From: an uncultured Actinomycetes bacterium
GTDB taxonomy: Bacteria; Actinomycetota; UBA4738; HRBIN12
Direction: 5' to 3'
Length of the DNA: 64,000 nucleotides
NCBI GenBank assembly: GCA_963780015.1
Contig: CAWAAO010000009.1
Span: 907 to 64,906, forward strand
In this document: positions 56,943 to 64,000 of the stretch, piece after piece
Layout: every line of letters begins with the position of its first letter
Position numbering within the stretch: the first letter of the stretch is position 1
Notes under the pieces: model-generated
The model's input: only the letters and a program-made list of their open reading frames with translations
Database searches by the model: none
What the model was told of the DNA's origin: nothing
Made by a program: the position numbers and the translations under genes

Positions 56943-57161
56943 ATGGTGACGACAGGGGCCCAGGCACTCTTCGGTGACGGCACACGACTGCTCACCGTCG
57001 CCGAGGTCGCCTCCGCGATGCGCGTGTCCACGATGACCGTGTACCGACTGATCAAGAGCGGCGACCTCCCGGCCGTGCGGGTCGGGCACAACTACCGGGT
57101 CCGCGGCGCGGACGTCGAGCGCTATCTGGCCTCCCGATCGGTCCAGGTGGAGGGATCGTGA
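56943..57161 (+). CDS. small excisionase-family (MerR-superfamily) helix-turn-helix DNA-binding protein
   Basis: 72 aa. ...LLTVAEVASAMRVSTMTVYRLIKSGDLPAVRVGHNYRVRGADVERYL.... Its stop TGA 57159-57161 overlaps the pilM start, and it is preceded by a ~200-bp less GC-rich spacer. Confidence 0.75.
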   Translation: MVTTGAQALFGDGTRLLTVAEVASAMRVSTMTVYRLIKSGDLPAVRVGHNYRVRGADVERYLASRSVQVEGS

Positions 57162-58207
57162 TGGCGAAGGGCCGGATCGGTCTGGACATCGGCTCCACGG
57201 CCGTGCGCGCCGTGGAGCTGGTCGGCTCGCCCTTGACGGTCGTGCGCGCGAGCCAGGTCGCCCTGCCGCCCGGCGCCGTGGAGAGCGGCGAGGTCCGGGA
57301 TCCGGGCGCGGTCAGCGACGCGCTCAAGAAGCTGTGGAGCGAGGGCGGCTTCAAGGGTCGACAGGTGTGGCTCGGCGTCGGCAATCAGCGGGTCGTCGTG
57401 CGTGAGATCTCCCTGCCCTACCTGCCGGACAAGGAGCTGCGCTCCTCGCTCGGCTTCCAGGTGCAGGAGTTCATCCCGATGCCGGTGGACGACGCGGTCC
57501 TCGACTACGACCCGATCGGGGAGTTCGAGCAGGAGGACCGTCGCATGCTTCGGATGCTCCTCGTCGCGGCCCAGCGAGGCATGGTCGATCAGGTCGTGCA
57601 GGCCGTGACCGGCGGCAAGCTCGAGCCGATGGGGCTGGATCTGATCCCCTTCGCGATGGTCCGCTCGGTCGGTGCGACCGACGGCGGTCTCGACCTCGAA
57701 GAGGGCGTGGTCGAGGAGGCGATCGTGGACGTCGGCGCGCATGTGACCAACATCGTCGTCCACGCGCGCGGGGCGACCCGGTTCGTCCGGATCCTGCCGA
57801 GCGGTGGGCGCGATGTGACCGTCGCGATCGCGCGCTCGGCCGGCGTCGAGGACGACATCGCCGAGCGGCTGAAGCGCGGCGAGGCGGTGGAGGACGCGCC
57901 CGAACCCCAGGCCGTTCGCCAGGCCGCGTTGCAGCGCGCCGCCGCGTTCGTCGACGAGGTCCGATCCTCGCTCGAGTTCTACACGGCGCAGGCGAAGGAC
58001 GCGCGGATCGGCAAGGTCCTCGTCACGGGTGGCGGTTCGCGGCTCGAGGGCCTCTTCGATCTGATGCGTCAGCGGATCCCGGTGCCGGTGGAGCCCGGCG
58101 CCGTCTTCAGCCGCGTCCCGCATCAGCTGGACGAGGCCGACGTCGCCGCTGCGGAGCCGCTCCTTGCCGTCGCGATCGGCCTTGCCCTGCCGGAGGAGGA
58201 GCGATGA
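57161..58207 (+). CDS. pilM: type IV pilus assembly protein PilM (actin-like ATPase fold)
   Basis: GGAGGG RBS, ATG 57161 (GTG 57158 in the track). MAKGRIGLDIGSTAVRAVEL...VVVREISLPYLPDKELRSSLGFQVQEFIPMPVDDAVLDY...VDVGAHVTNIVV...LVTGGGSRLEGL.... No frame breaks. Confidence 0.9.
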   Translation: MAKGRIGLDIGSTAVRAVELVGSPLTVVRASQVALPPGAVESGEVRDPGAVSDALKKLWSEGGFKGRQVWLGVGNQRVVVREISLPYLPDKELRSSLGFQVQEFIPMPVDDAVLDYDPIGEFEQEDRRMLRMLLVAAQRGMVDQVVQAVTGGKLEPMGLDLIPFAMVRSVGATDGGLDLEEGVVEEAIVDVGAHVTNIVVHARGATRFVRILPSGGRDVTVAIARSAGVEDDIAERLKRGEAVEDAPEPQAVRQAALQRAAAFVDEVRSSLEFYTAQAKDARIGKVLVTGGGSRLEGLFDLMRQRIPVPVEPGAVFSRVPHQLDEADVAAAEPLLAVAIGLALPEEER

Positions 58208-58842
58208 GTCGCGTCAATCTGCTTCCCACCGACATCAAGAAGGGCCAGGAGGTTCGCCGCCGGACGCTGCTCGTGTTGATCGGCGCCGCCGCCGTGATCG
58301 GCCTGATCATCTTCTTCTGGGTGCTCCAGGGTGTGCGACTCAGCGGTGTGAACGACGACATCGAGGCGCAGAACCAAACGAACGCGGCGCTCAAGCAGGA
58401 GATCGCCGACCTGCAGAAGTACGAGGACTCTGCAGGTCGAGGCGCAGCAGCAGGAGCAGCTGCTCGCGTCCGCGTACGCGAATGAGGTGGCGTACTTCGT
58501 CGGTCCTGCTCGACGTGTCCAAGGTGATCCCGCCCGACACGTACCTGACCTCGTGGGCGTCCACCGTCGACACGACTGCGGTTCCGCTCCGACCGATCCC
58601 GACATCGACGCCCACGTTCGTCGGCACGATGACGTTCGCTGGGTGCGACCCTGCACTTCGATTCGCTGAGTACGTGGCTCAACAGGCTCGAGGGCGTGGA
58701 TGGATGGGCGAACCCGTGGACGTCGAACATCTCCCAGGAGAGTTCGGTCGCCGGCGCGTTCACCTTCGATACCTCCGTCGACCTGACGCAGGACGCCCTG
58801 ACGGAACGCGGCTTGGCCGGAGCGGCGGTGGCCGGTGGGTAA
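58204..58842 (+). pseudogene. pilN: type IV pilus assembly protein PilN-like, three +1 frame changes
   Basis: MSRVNLLPTDIKKGQEVRRRTLLVLIGAAAVIGLIIFFWVL...LKQEIADLQKYED|LQVEAQQQEQLLASAYANEV|...SSVLLDVSKVIPPDTYLTSWAST...FVGTMTFAG|ATLHFDSLSTWLNRLEGVDGWANPWTSNISQE...*. Approximate junctions: 58430, 58495, 58640. Confidence 0.7.
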
Positions 58843-59429
58843 CCCGCGCGCACCGATCTTCGCCGCCGCCGGCGCGGTCGTGATCGCGATCCTCCTCGTC
58901 GTGCTGCTCGTGCTGCCCAAGATGGGGCAGGTGTCGACGGCCAAGGAGGACCTCGCCGCGGCGGCGAGCCAGGAGCAGACGCTCGAGACGCAGAAGGGCG
59001 CGCTGGAGGACACGAAGGCGCAGGCGCCGGAGAACAAGCAGACGATCGACGAGGTCCACGCGAAGATCCCGCCGACCGCCGACGAAGCCGGACTGATCCA
59101 GCTGATCAATCTGTCGGCCTTGGATTCGGGGCTCGATCTCACGACAGCTGGGCCCGAGCCCGCCGGTCTTCGACGACGTGACCGGGCTCAGCACGATCGT
59201 GCTGTCCTTCAGCGCGATCGGGACCTACAACGAGGTCACCGAGTTCAGCTACCAGATCGAGTCGTTGCCACGCGCGGCCAAGATCACGTCGATGACGCTG
59301 TCGCCCGCGGGCGTGACCGACTCGCTCGGGAACCAGGTGCTGACCGTCTCGATGCAGATCGACGCCTACACGAGCGACACGAGCGCAGGCCCGGGGTCCA
59401 CGCCCGGGCCGACCGAGGCGGGTGGCTGA
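58835..59429 (+). CDS. pilO: type IV pilus assembly protein PilO-like, one +1 frame break near 59160
   Basis: GTG start overlapping the pilN stop. ...PIFAAAGAVVIAILLVVLLVLPKMGQVSTAKEDLAAAASQEQTLETQKGALEDTKAQ...IPPTADEAGLIQLINLSALDSGLDLTT|...VTGLSTIVLSFSAIGTYNEVTEFSYQIESLPRAAKITSMTLSP... (second half is ORF 59178..59429). Confidence 0.65.
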
Positions 59430-59430
59430 G

Positions 59431-60026
59431 ATGCCGATCAGTGACCGCGACCGGCGCATGCTCCGCATCGGCGGGATCGTGATCGGCGTGCTGGTCGTCG
59501 GGTTCCTGCTGCTCAAGCTTCTCGGAGGCGGCGGCGAGGAGGAAGCGTTCCCGTCCTCCTCACCACTGAGGCCGTCGAGCAGTTCGACCCAGCCGACCGG
59601 CACGCCGAGCCTCGCGCCCTCGCCGATACTCGTCCTGCCCGCACGCGACCCCTTCTCGGTCCCACCGGGCTTCGATGTGACGACGAGCTGACCTCGACCG
59701 GCGGGGACGACGACCTCGACCGGCGGGACGACGACGACCTCGACCGGCGGGGGCACGACCACGACCCGACCGCCACGCCGCCGACACAGCCGGGGAACGA
59801 CGCGAGCAAGACGGTCGGGGGACACACGGTGGTGCTCCTGGACACCTTCACGGCAAACGGGGTCGAGCAGGCGCAGGTCGAGGTTGACGGCACGGTCTAT
59901 GACCCGTCGGTCGGGCAGACCTTCGGCCCGAACAAGCAGTACCGACTGCAGTCGGTCTCGGGGAACTGTGCCACGTTCCTCTACGGCGACGAATCGTTCA
60001 CGCTCTGCGTGTCGCCGAACAAGTAG
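59431..60026 (+). pseudogene. PilP-like / unknown pilus-locus protein: TM anchor, Ser/Pro/Thr-rich linker, small C-terminal beta domain; several frame changes in the linker
   Basis: MPISDRDRRMLRIGGIVIGVLVVGFLLLKLL...PARDPFSVPPGFDVTTS* then, in other frames, (TSTGGTTT)n and ...GGHTVVLLDTFTANGVEQAQVEVDGTVYDPSVGQTFGPNKQYRLQSVSGNCATFLYGDESFTLCVSPNK*. Confidence 0.5.
59691..59766 (+). repeat. three tandem ~22-27 nt units ACCTCGACCGGCGGG(G)ACGACG... encoding (T-S-T-G-G-T-T-T)n, with G-run lengths of 4, 3 and 5
   Basis: acctcgaccggcggggacgacg / acctcgaccggcgggacgacgacg / acctcgaccggcgggggcacgaccacg. The unequal G runs put each unit in a different frame. Confidence 0.8.
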
Positions 60027-60176
60027 GGACCGGCGTCGACGCCGGCGATGCGCCCACGGGGGGAGCGGTCGCCGGTCGCGCGGGGGCGGTCCGTTTGGAC
60101 CGCCCCCGCCATCTTCATCGCGCGACCGATCCCACGCCCTGAGGACCGGGGGACGCCCTTCCCTATGATGGGGCGC

Positions 60177-61328
60177 ATGCTGCGCATCCTGACGGCCGGG
60201 GAGTCCCATGGGCCCGGCCTCGCTGTGATCCTCGAAGGCCTGCCCGCCGGGGTGCCCGTCAGCAAGGCGTCGATCGCCGGTGAGCTGGCGCGGCGACGGC
60301 ACGGGTACGGTCGGGGCGGGCGGCAGCGATTCGAGGCGGATGCGTTCGAGATCCAGGCCGGCGTGCGGCACGGTCGCACGATCGGGTCACCGGTGGCGAT
60401 CACGATCCCGAACGTGGAGTTCGAGACCACGTACCGCGAGCTCATGGGCCCCGAGGGCGAGATGGACCCGTCGAAGCGCCTGACGCGCCCCCGACCGGGG
60501 CACGCGGACCTCGTCGGCACCCTCAAGTACGGCTTCGACGACGTGCGAAACGTCCTGGAGCGGGCGAGCGCGCGGGAGACGGCGGCTCGGGTGGCCGCGG
60601 GCGTGCTCTGCAAGTCCTTCCTGGCCGAGCTGGGCGTGCGCGTGTTCTCCCACGTCGTGCAGATCGGGAAGGTGCGCGTGCGACGCTCCACGCTGCCCAC
60701 GCCCGATGATCTCGGCGCGATCGACGCCTCGCCGGTCCGGTGTGCGGACGCCACGGCCGCCGCCGCGATGGTCAAGGAGATCGACCGGTTGCGGAAGGCG
60801 AAGGACAGCGTGGGCGGCGTCTTCGAGGTCCTGTCCTACGGGGTGCCGGCCGGCCTCGGCTCCTACGTCCAGTGGGATCGCAAGCTCGACGCCCGCCTGG
60901 CCGCCGCGCTGATGTCGATCCAATCGGTCAAAGGGGTGGAGGTCGGTGACGGGTTCGCGACGGCCGCACGGCCGGGTTCGCGGGCGCACGACGAGATCGT
61001 GATCCGGGGCGGGCGACTCGCCCGCGCATCGGCCCGCGCGGGCGGGATCGAGGGGGGCATGTCGACGGGGCAGCCGATCCGCGTGCGTGCGGCGATGAAG
61101 CCGTTCTCGACGATGCCGCAGCCCCTGCGCACCGTGGACCTCGAGACCGGCGCCCCCGCGCAGGCCATCAAACAGCGCACCGACGTCTGCGCCGTGCCCG
61201 CCGGGGGTGTCGTCGGGGAAGCCGTCGTGGCCTTCACCCTGGCCGATGCGACCCTGGAGAAGTTCGGCGGCGACTCGCTGCCCGAGACCGCGCGCAACCT
61301 GACCGCCTACCTGGAGGAGCTCCCGTGA
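60177..61328 (+). CDS. aroC: chorismate synthase
   Basis: From ATG 60177: MLRILTAGESHGPGLAVILEGLPAG...RRRHGYGRGGRQ...RPGHADL...ERASARETAARVAAG...GGMSTGQPI.... Confidence 0.95.
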   Translation: MLRILTAGESHGPGLAVILEGLPAGVPVSKASIAGELARRRHGYGRGGRQRFEADAFEIQAGVRHGRTIGSPVAITIPNVEFETTYRELMGPEGEMDPSKRLTRPRPGHADLVGTLKYGFDDVRNVLERASARETAARVAAGVLCKSFLAELGVRVFSHVVQIGKVRVRRSTLPTPDDLGAIDASPVRCADATAAAAMVKEIDRLRKAKDSVGGVFEVLSYGVPAGLGSYVQWDRKLDARLAAALMSIQSVKGVEVGDGFATAARPGSRAHDEIVIRGGRLARASARAGGIEGGMSTGQPIRVRAAMKPFSTMPQPLRTVDLETGAPAQAIKQRTDVCAVPAGGVVGEAVVAFTLADATLEKFGGDSLPETARNLTAYLEELP

Positions 61329-61822
61329 TCGTCTACCTCGTCGGGATGCCCGGCTCCGGCAAGTCCACCGTCGGCGCGGAGCTCGGCGGCCGGCTCGGCG
61401 TGCCGTTCGTCGACCTCGACGTCGAGATCGCCCGACGCGATGGGCGCAGCATCACCCAGATCTTCGATGAGGAGGGCGAGTCCGGCTTCCGCGCGATCGA
61501 GGCTCGCGCGCTCGTGGAAGCCTCGACGCAGGACCCCGCGGTGATCGCCTGCGGGGGCGGTGTGGTGCTCGAGCCCGCGAACCGGATCACGTTGCGCAGC
61601 ACGGGCACGTGCGTGTTCCTCGACGTGCCGATCTCGGTGTTGGAGGCTCGGGTCGAGCCGAACGCCGAGCGGCCGTTGATCCGGGCGACCGGCGACCTGC
61701 AGCGACTGCTCGAAGAACGGGAGGCCCTGTATCGGGAGTTCGCCGGCCACGTCGTGGACGGCAGCGGCGATCCCGGTGAGGTTGCGGACGCCATCGTGGA
61801 GGAGCTTCGTTGGAGCGCGTGA
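61325..61822 (+). CDS. aroK: shikimate kinase
   Basis: GTG start overlapping the aroC stop. P-loop VGMPGSGKST, ...GESGFRAIE..., ...GGGVV.... Confidence 0.95.
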   Translation: MIVYLVGMPGSGKSTVGAELGGRLGVPFVDLDVEIARRDGRSITQIFDEEGESGFRAIEARALVEASTQDPAVIACGGGVVLEPANRITLRSTGTCVFLDVPISVLEARVEPNAERPLIRATGDLQRLLEEREALYREFAGHVVDGSGDPGEVADAIVEELRWSA

Positions 61823-62898
61823 CCGTCCCGGTCGCGGGGCGGTCCTACGACGTCACGATCGGCACCGGTGTGGTCGCCGACGCCGCGGCGCACCTGCCCG
61901 ATCTCGCGCCCGCGACCCGCGCGTTCGTCGTCGCCGACCAGGCGGTGGCGCCGGCCTGGCTGCCGCCGCTGGAGGCCTCGCTGTCGACGCGGGGGCTCCA
62001 TGCCGTGCCGCTCGCGGTCCCCTCCGGCGAGGCGGCAAAGACGCTGCAGGTCTACGGCACCCTGTTGCATCAGCTCGCGAGCCAGGAAGCACACCGGGAC
62101 GATGTCGTGGTCGCCCTCGGGGGCGGCACGGTCGGCGATCTCGCGGGCTTCGTCGCATCGACCTACATGCGCGGCATGCGGTTCGTGCAGGTGCCCACGA
62201 CGTTGATCGGCCAGGTCGACGCGGCGATCGGTGGCAAGACCGCGGTCAACCTCCCCGAGGGCAAGAACCTCGTGGGCACCTTCTACCAGCCGGTCGCGGT
62301 GCTGTGCGACGTGGCCGCGCTGGCGAGTCTGCCGGACCGGGACTTCCGATCGGGCCTGGGCGAGGTGGCCAAGTACGCGCTCACCCTCGACGTCGAGCTG
62401 CTCGACGTGCTGGAGCGAGACCCCGGACCGATCCTCGCGCGGGACCCGGGGGCGCTCGAGCCGTTGGTGGCCCGCTGCGCCCGTCTCAAGGCCGGCACCG
62501 TCGCCGACGACGAGCGGGACACGGGTGTCCGGTTGTTCCTGAACTACGGGCACACGCTGGGGCACGCGTTGGAGCGTCTCGAGTCCTTCGCCGGGCGCTC
62601 GCACGGAGAGGCGATCGCGATCGGCATGGTGTTCGCCGCACGACTGGCCGAGGCGCGGGGCGTCTGCGCGCCGGGGCTCGTCGGGCGGACCGTCCGGCTG
62701 CTGACATCCCTCGGGCTCGAGACCGATGGGGCGCTCCCGCCCGTGCGTGACATCCTGTCTGCCATCCGCATGGACAAGAAGTTCCAGGCGGGGGTCCGCT
62801 TCGTGCTGTTGGCGGACGTGGGCCGGCCCGTGGTGGTCGCGGGGGTCACGGACGACGAGATGCGTGCGGTGCTGATCGAGATGGGGGCTGCCGGATGA
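61810..62898 (+). CDS. aroB: 3-dehydroquinate synthase
   Basis: ...VVALGGGTVGDLAGFVASTYMRGMRFVQVPTTLIGQVDAAIGGKTAVN..., ...LNYGHTLGHALE.... Confidence 0.95.
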   Translation: MERVTVPVAGRSYDVTIGTGVVADAAAHLPDLAPATRAFVVADQAVAPAWLPPLEASLSTRGLHAVPLAVPSGEAAKTLQVYGTLLHQLASQEAHRDDVVVALGGGTVGDLAGFVASTYMRGMRFVQVPTTLIGQVDAAIGGKTAVNLPEGKNLVGTFYQPVAVLCDVAALASLPDRDFRSGLGEVAKYALTLDVELLDVLERDPGPILARDPGALEPLVARCARLKAGTVADDERDTGVRLFLNYGHTLGHALERLESFAGRSHGEAIAIGMVFAARLAEARGVCAPGLVGRTVRLLTSLGLETDGALPPVRDILSAIRMDKKFQAGVRFVLLADVGRPVVVAGVTDDEMRAVLIEMGAAG

Positions 62899-63329
62899 AC
62901 GTGCTGTATCTCTTCGGGCCGAACCTGGGCACGCTCGGGCGGCGCGATCCCGAGACCTACGGGTCGCAGACGATCGCCGAGATCATGTCGGACCTCGACG
63001 GCCGGGCGCGCGAGCACGGCCACACCCTGCGGTGGCATCAGTCCGACCACGAGGGCGAGCTGATCGGGTGGCTGCTGGCCGCCCGCGAGGAGCACGTCGA
63101 GTTCGTCGTGCTCAATCCCGGAGCCCTCTCGCACTATTCGTACGCGCTCCGTGACGCGATCGAGGCCTCGGAGCTGCCCGTGGTCGAGGTGCACATGTCC
63201 AACATCTACGCCCGCGAGGCCTTCCGGCATACCTCGGTCATCTCCGATGTCTGCCGGGGCACGATCAGTGGTCTCGGGGCCGGTGGCTATCATCTGGCGC
63301 TGGAGGCGATGCCGTGGATCACCGAGTAA
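62895..63329 (+). CDS. aroQ: type II 3-dehydroquinate dehydratase
   Basis: MNVLYLFGPNLGTLGRRDPETYG...QSDHEGELI...VLNPGALSHYSYALRDA...VVEVHMSNIYAREAFRH.... Confidence 0.95.
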   Translation: MNVLYLFGPNLGTLGRRDPETYGSQTIAEIMSDLDGRAREHGHTLRWHQSDHEGELIGWLLAAREEHVEFVVLNPGALSHYSYALRDAIEASELPVVEVHMSNIYAREAFRHTSVISDVCRGTISGLGAGGYHLALEAMPWITE

Positions 63330-64000
63330 GGCGGGACGCGCTGTCCGCGCGTCTGGAAGACCTGTCTGTCGATGCGTTGCTGATCACGCGATTGCTCCAC
63401 ACGCGCTACCTCACGGGGTTCACCGGGTCCAACGGACAGGTGCTCGTGCGGCGTGACGGCGCCCTGTTCCTCACGGACGGGCGCTACACGGAGCAGTCCC
63501 GCCGGGAGGTCCCCGATCTGGAGCGCGTGACCTATCTGAACCCGCTTCGCGAGGAGCTGGCGGGGTACCTCGATGGCGTGACCCGTCTCGGGTTCGAGGC
63601 GGAGGAGATGACGGTCGCGACGCGGGATCGGTTCGCCGACGCGCTCGCCGACGTCGAGCTCGTCGCGACGACCGAGGTCGTCGAGACCCTGCGCGCGGTG
63701 AAGGACGACGATGAGCGTGACGCGATCCGCCGGGCGCAGGCGATCACCGACGCCGCGTTCGATCGTATCCTCGAGCATTTCGCGGTCGGGGTCAGCGAGC
63801 AGCAGATGTCCCGGCAGCTCGAGGCCCTGCTGATGGACGAGGGAGCCGAGGGACTCGCCTTCGACTCCATCGTGGCCTTCGGCGAGAACGCGGCCGAGCC
63901 CCATCATGAGCCCGCGCACCGGCTGCTCGAAGAGGGCGATGTGATCAAGCTCGACTTCGGCGCGCGGTTCGCCGGCTACCACGCCGACATGACGCGCACG
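63314..64000 (+). CDS. M24 family Xaa-Pro aminopeptidase (PepQ-like), N-terminal part; continues past the right edge
   Basis: Not in the track because there is no stop in the window. My translation from GTG 63314: VDHRVRRDALSARLEDLSVDALLITRLLHTRYLTGFTGSNGQVLVRRDGALFLTDGRYTEQS...LRAVKDDDERDAIRRAQAITDAAF...GLAFDSIVAFGENAAEPHHEP...GDVIKLDFGARFAGYHADMTRT. The - strand ORF 63290..63982 is its shadow. Confidence 0.85.
   Translation, partial: MDHRVRRDALSARLEDLSVDALLITRLLHTRYLTGFTGSNGQVLVRRDGALFLTDGRYTEQSRREVPDLERVTYLNPLREELAGYLDGVTRLGFEAEEMTVATRDRFADALADVELVATTEVVETLRAVKDDDERDAIRRAQAITDAAFDRILEHFAVGVSEQQMSRQLEALLMDEGAEGLAFDSIVAFGENAAEPHHEPAHRLLEEGDVIKLDFGARFAGYHADMTRT

Noticed and set aside
56867-56977. 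36-aa Trp/His-rich ORF (MSFLWKMWHMRHVSLAHGRTW...) in the pilD-HTH spacer, as a leader peptide
   Set aside because: Its codon third positions are not GC-biased like real genes here, there is no RBS, and it overlaps the HTH gene start. It is most likely noncoding.
60030-60045. Perfect 16-nt palindrome CCGGCGTCGACGCCGG after the last pilus-locus gene, as a terminator
   Set aside because: It gives only a 6-bp stem with a 4-nt loop and no T tract. That is too weak to call, and it may equally be a protein-binding palindrome or chance in GC-rich DNA.
63290-63982. ORF 63290..63982 (-, 230 aa)
   Set aside because: It is antisense to the M24 aminopeptidase N-terminal region, which I translated on the + strand from GTG 63314 to the window end.

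Overview
Very GC-rich, GC3-dominated chromosomal segment. Its backbone follows the conserved actinobacterial housekeeping block: thrS, HIT, pgsA-like, acyltransferase, pimA ... pdxS, pdxT, yebC, ruvCAB, yajC, secDF, apt, relA, dtd, hisS, aspS ... alaS, ruvX, mltG, aroE ... aroC, aroK, aroB, aroQ, pepQ. This is the same order as M. tuberculosis Rv2614c down to Rv2535c, and PIM-synthesis genes are present, so the source is almost certainly an Actinomycetota member. The left end carries MFS and Dcu transporters, an M20 peptidase, a NicO/RcnA-type metal transporter divergent from an ECF sigma / ZAS anti-sigma pair, tRNA-Val(CAC) and a MacB-type ABC pair. The one clearly accessory insert is a ~13.7 kb monoderm-type type IV pilus locus between aroE and aroC. 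It holds a roadblock-like protein, pilB, pilT, pilC, a major pilin, three minor-pilin-like genes, pilD, a small HTH gene, pilM, pilN, pilO and a pilP-like gene, with no secretin. The most unusual property is at least 40 reading-frame breaks by my manual count. They are absent from long cytoplasmic housekeeping genes but dense in genes or gene segments for envelope-exposed proteins: the FtsX permease, the SecD periplasmic head, all pilins, pilN/O/P-like, and single breaks in pilC, pilD and htpX. Single breaks also occur in a few cytoplasmic genes: ruvX, a TylM1-like methyltransferase, the M20 peptidase and the roadblock-like protein. Most breaks shift the frame by +1. This could be a consensus or polishing artefact at microdiverse loci, or recent decay of surface structures; the sequence alone cannot decide. 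I saw no rRNA, CRISPR, transposase or integrase. Most long Arg/Pro/Gly/Ala-rich ORFs in the six-frame track are antisense or off-frame shadows of the real genes.
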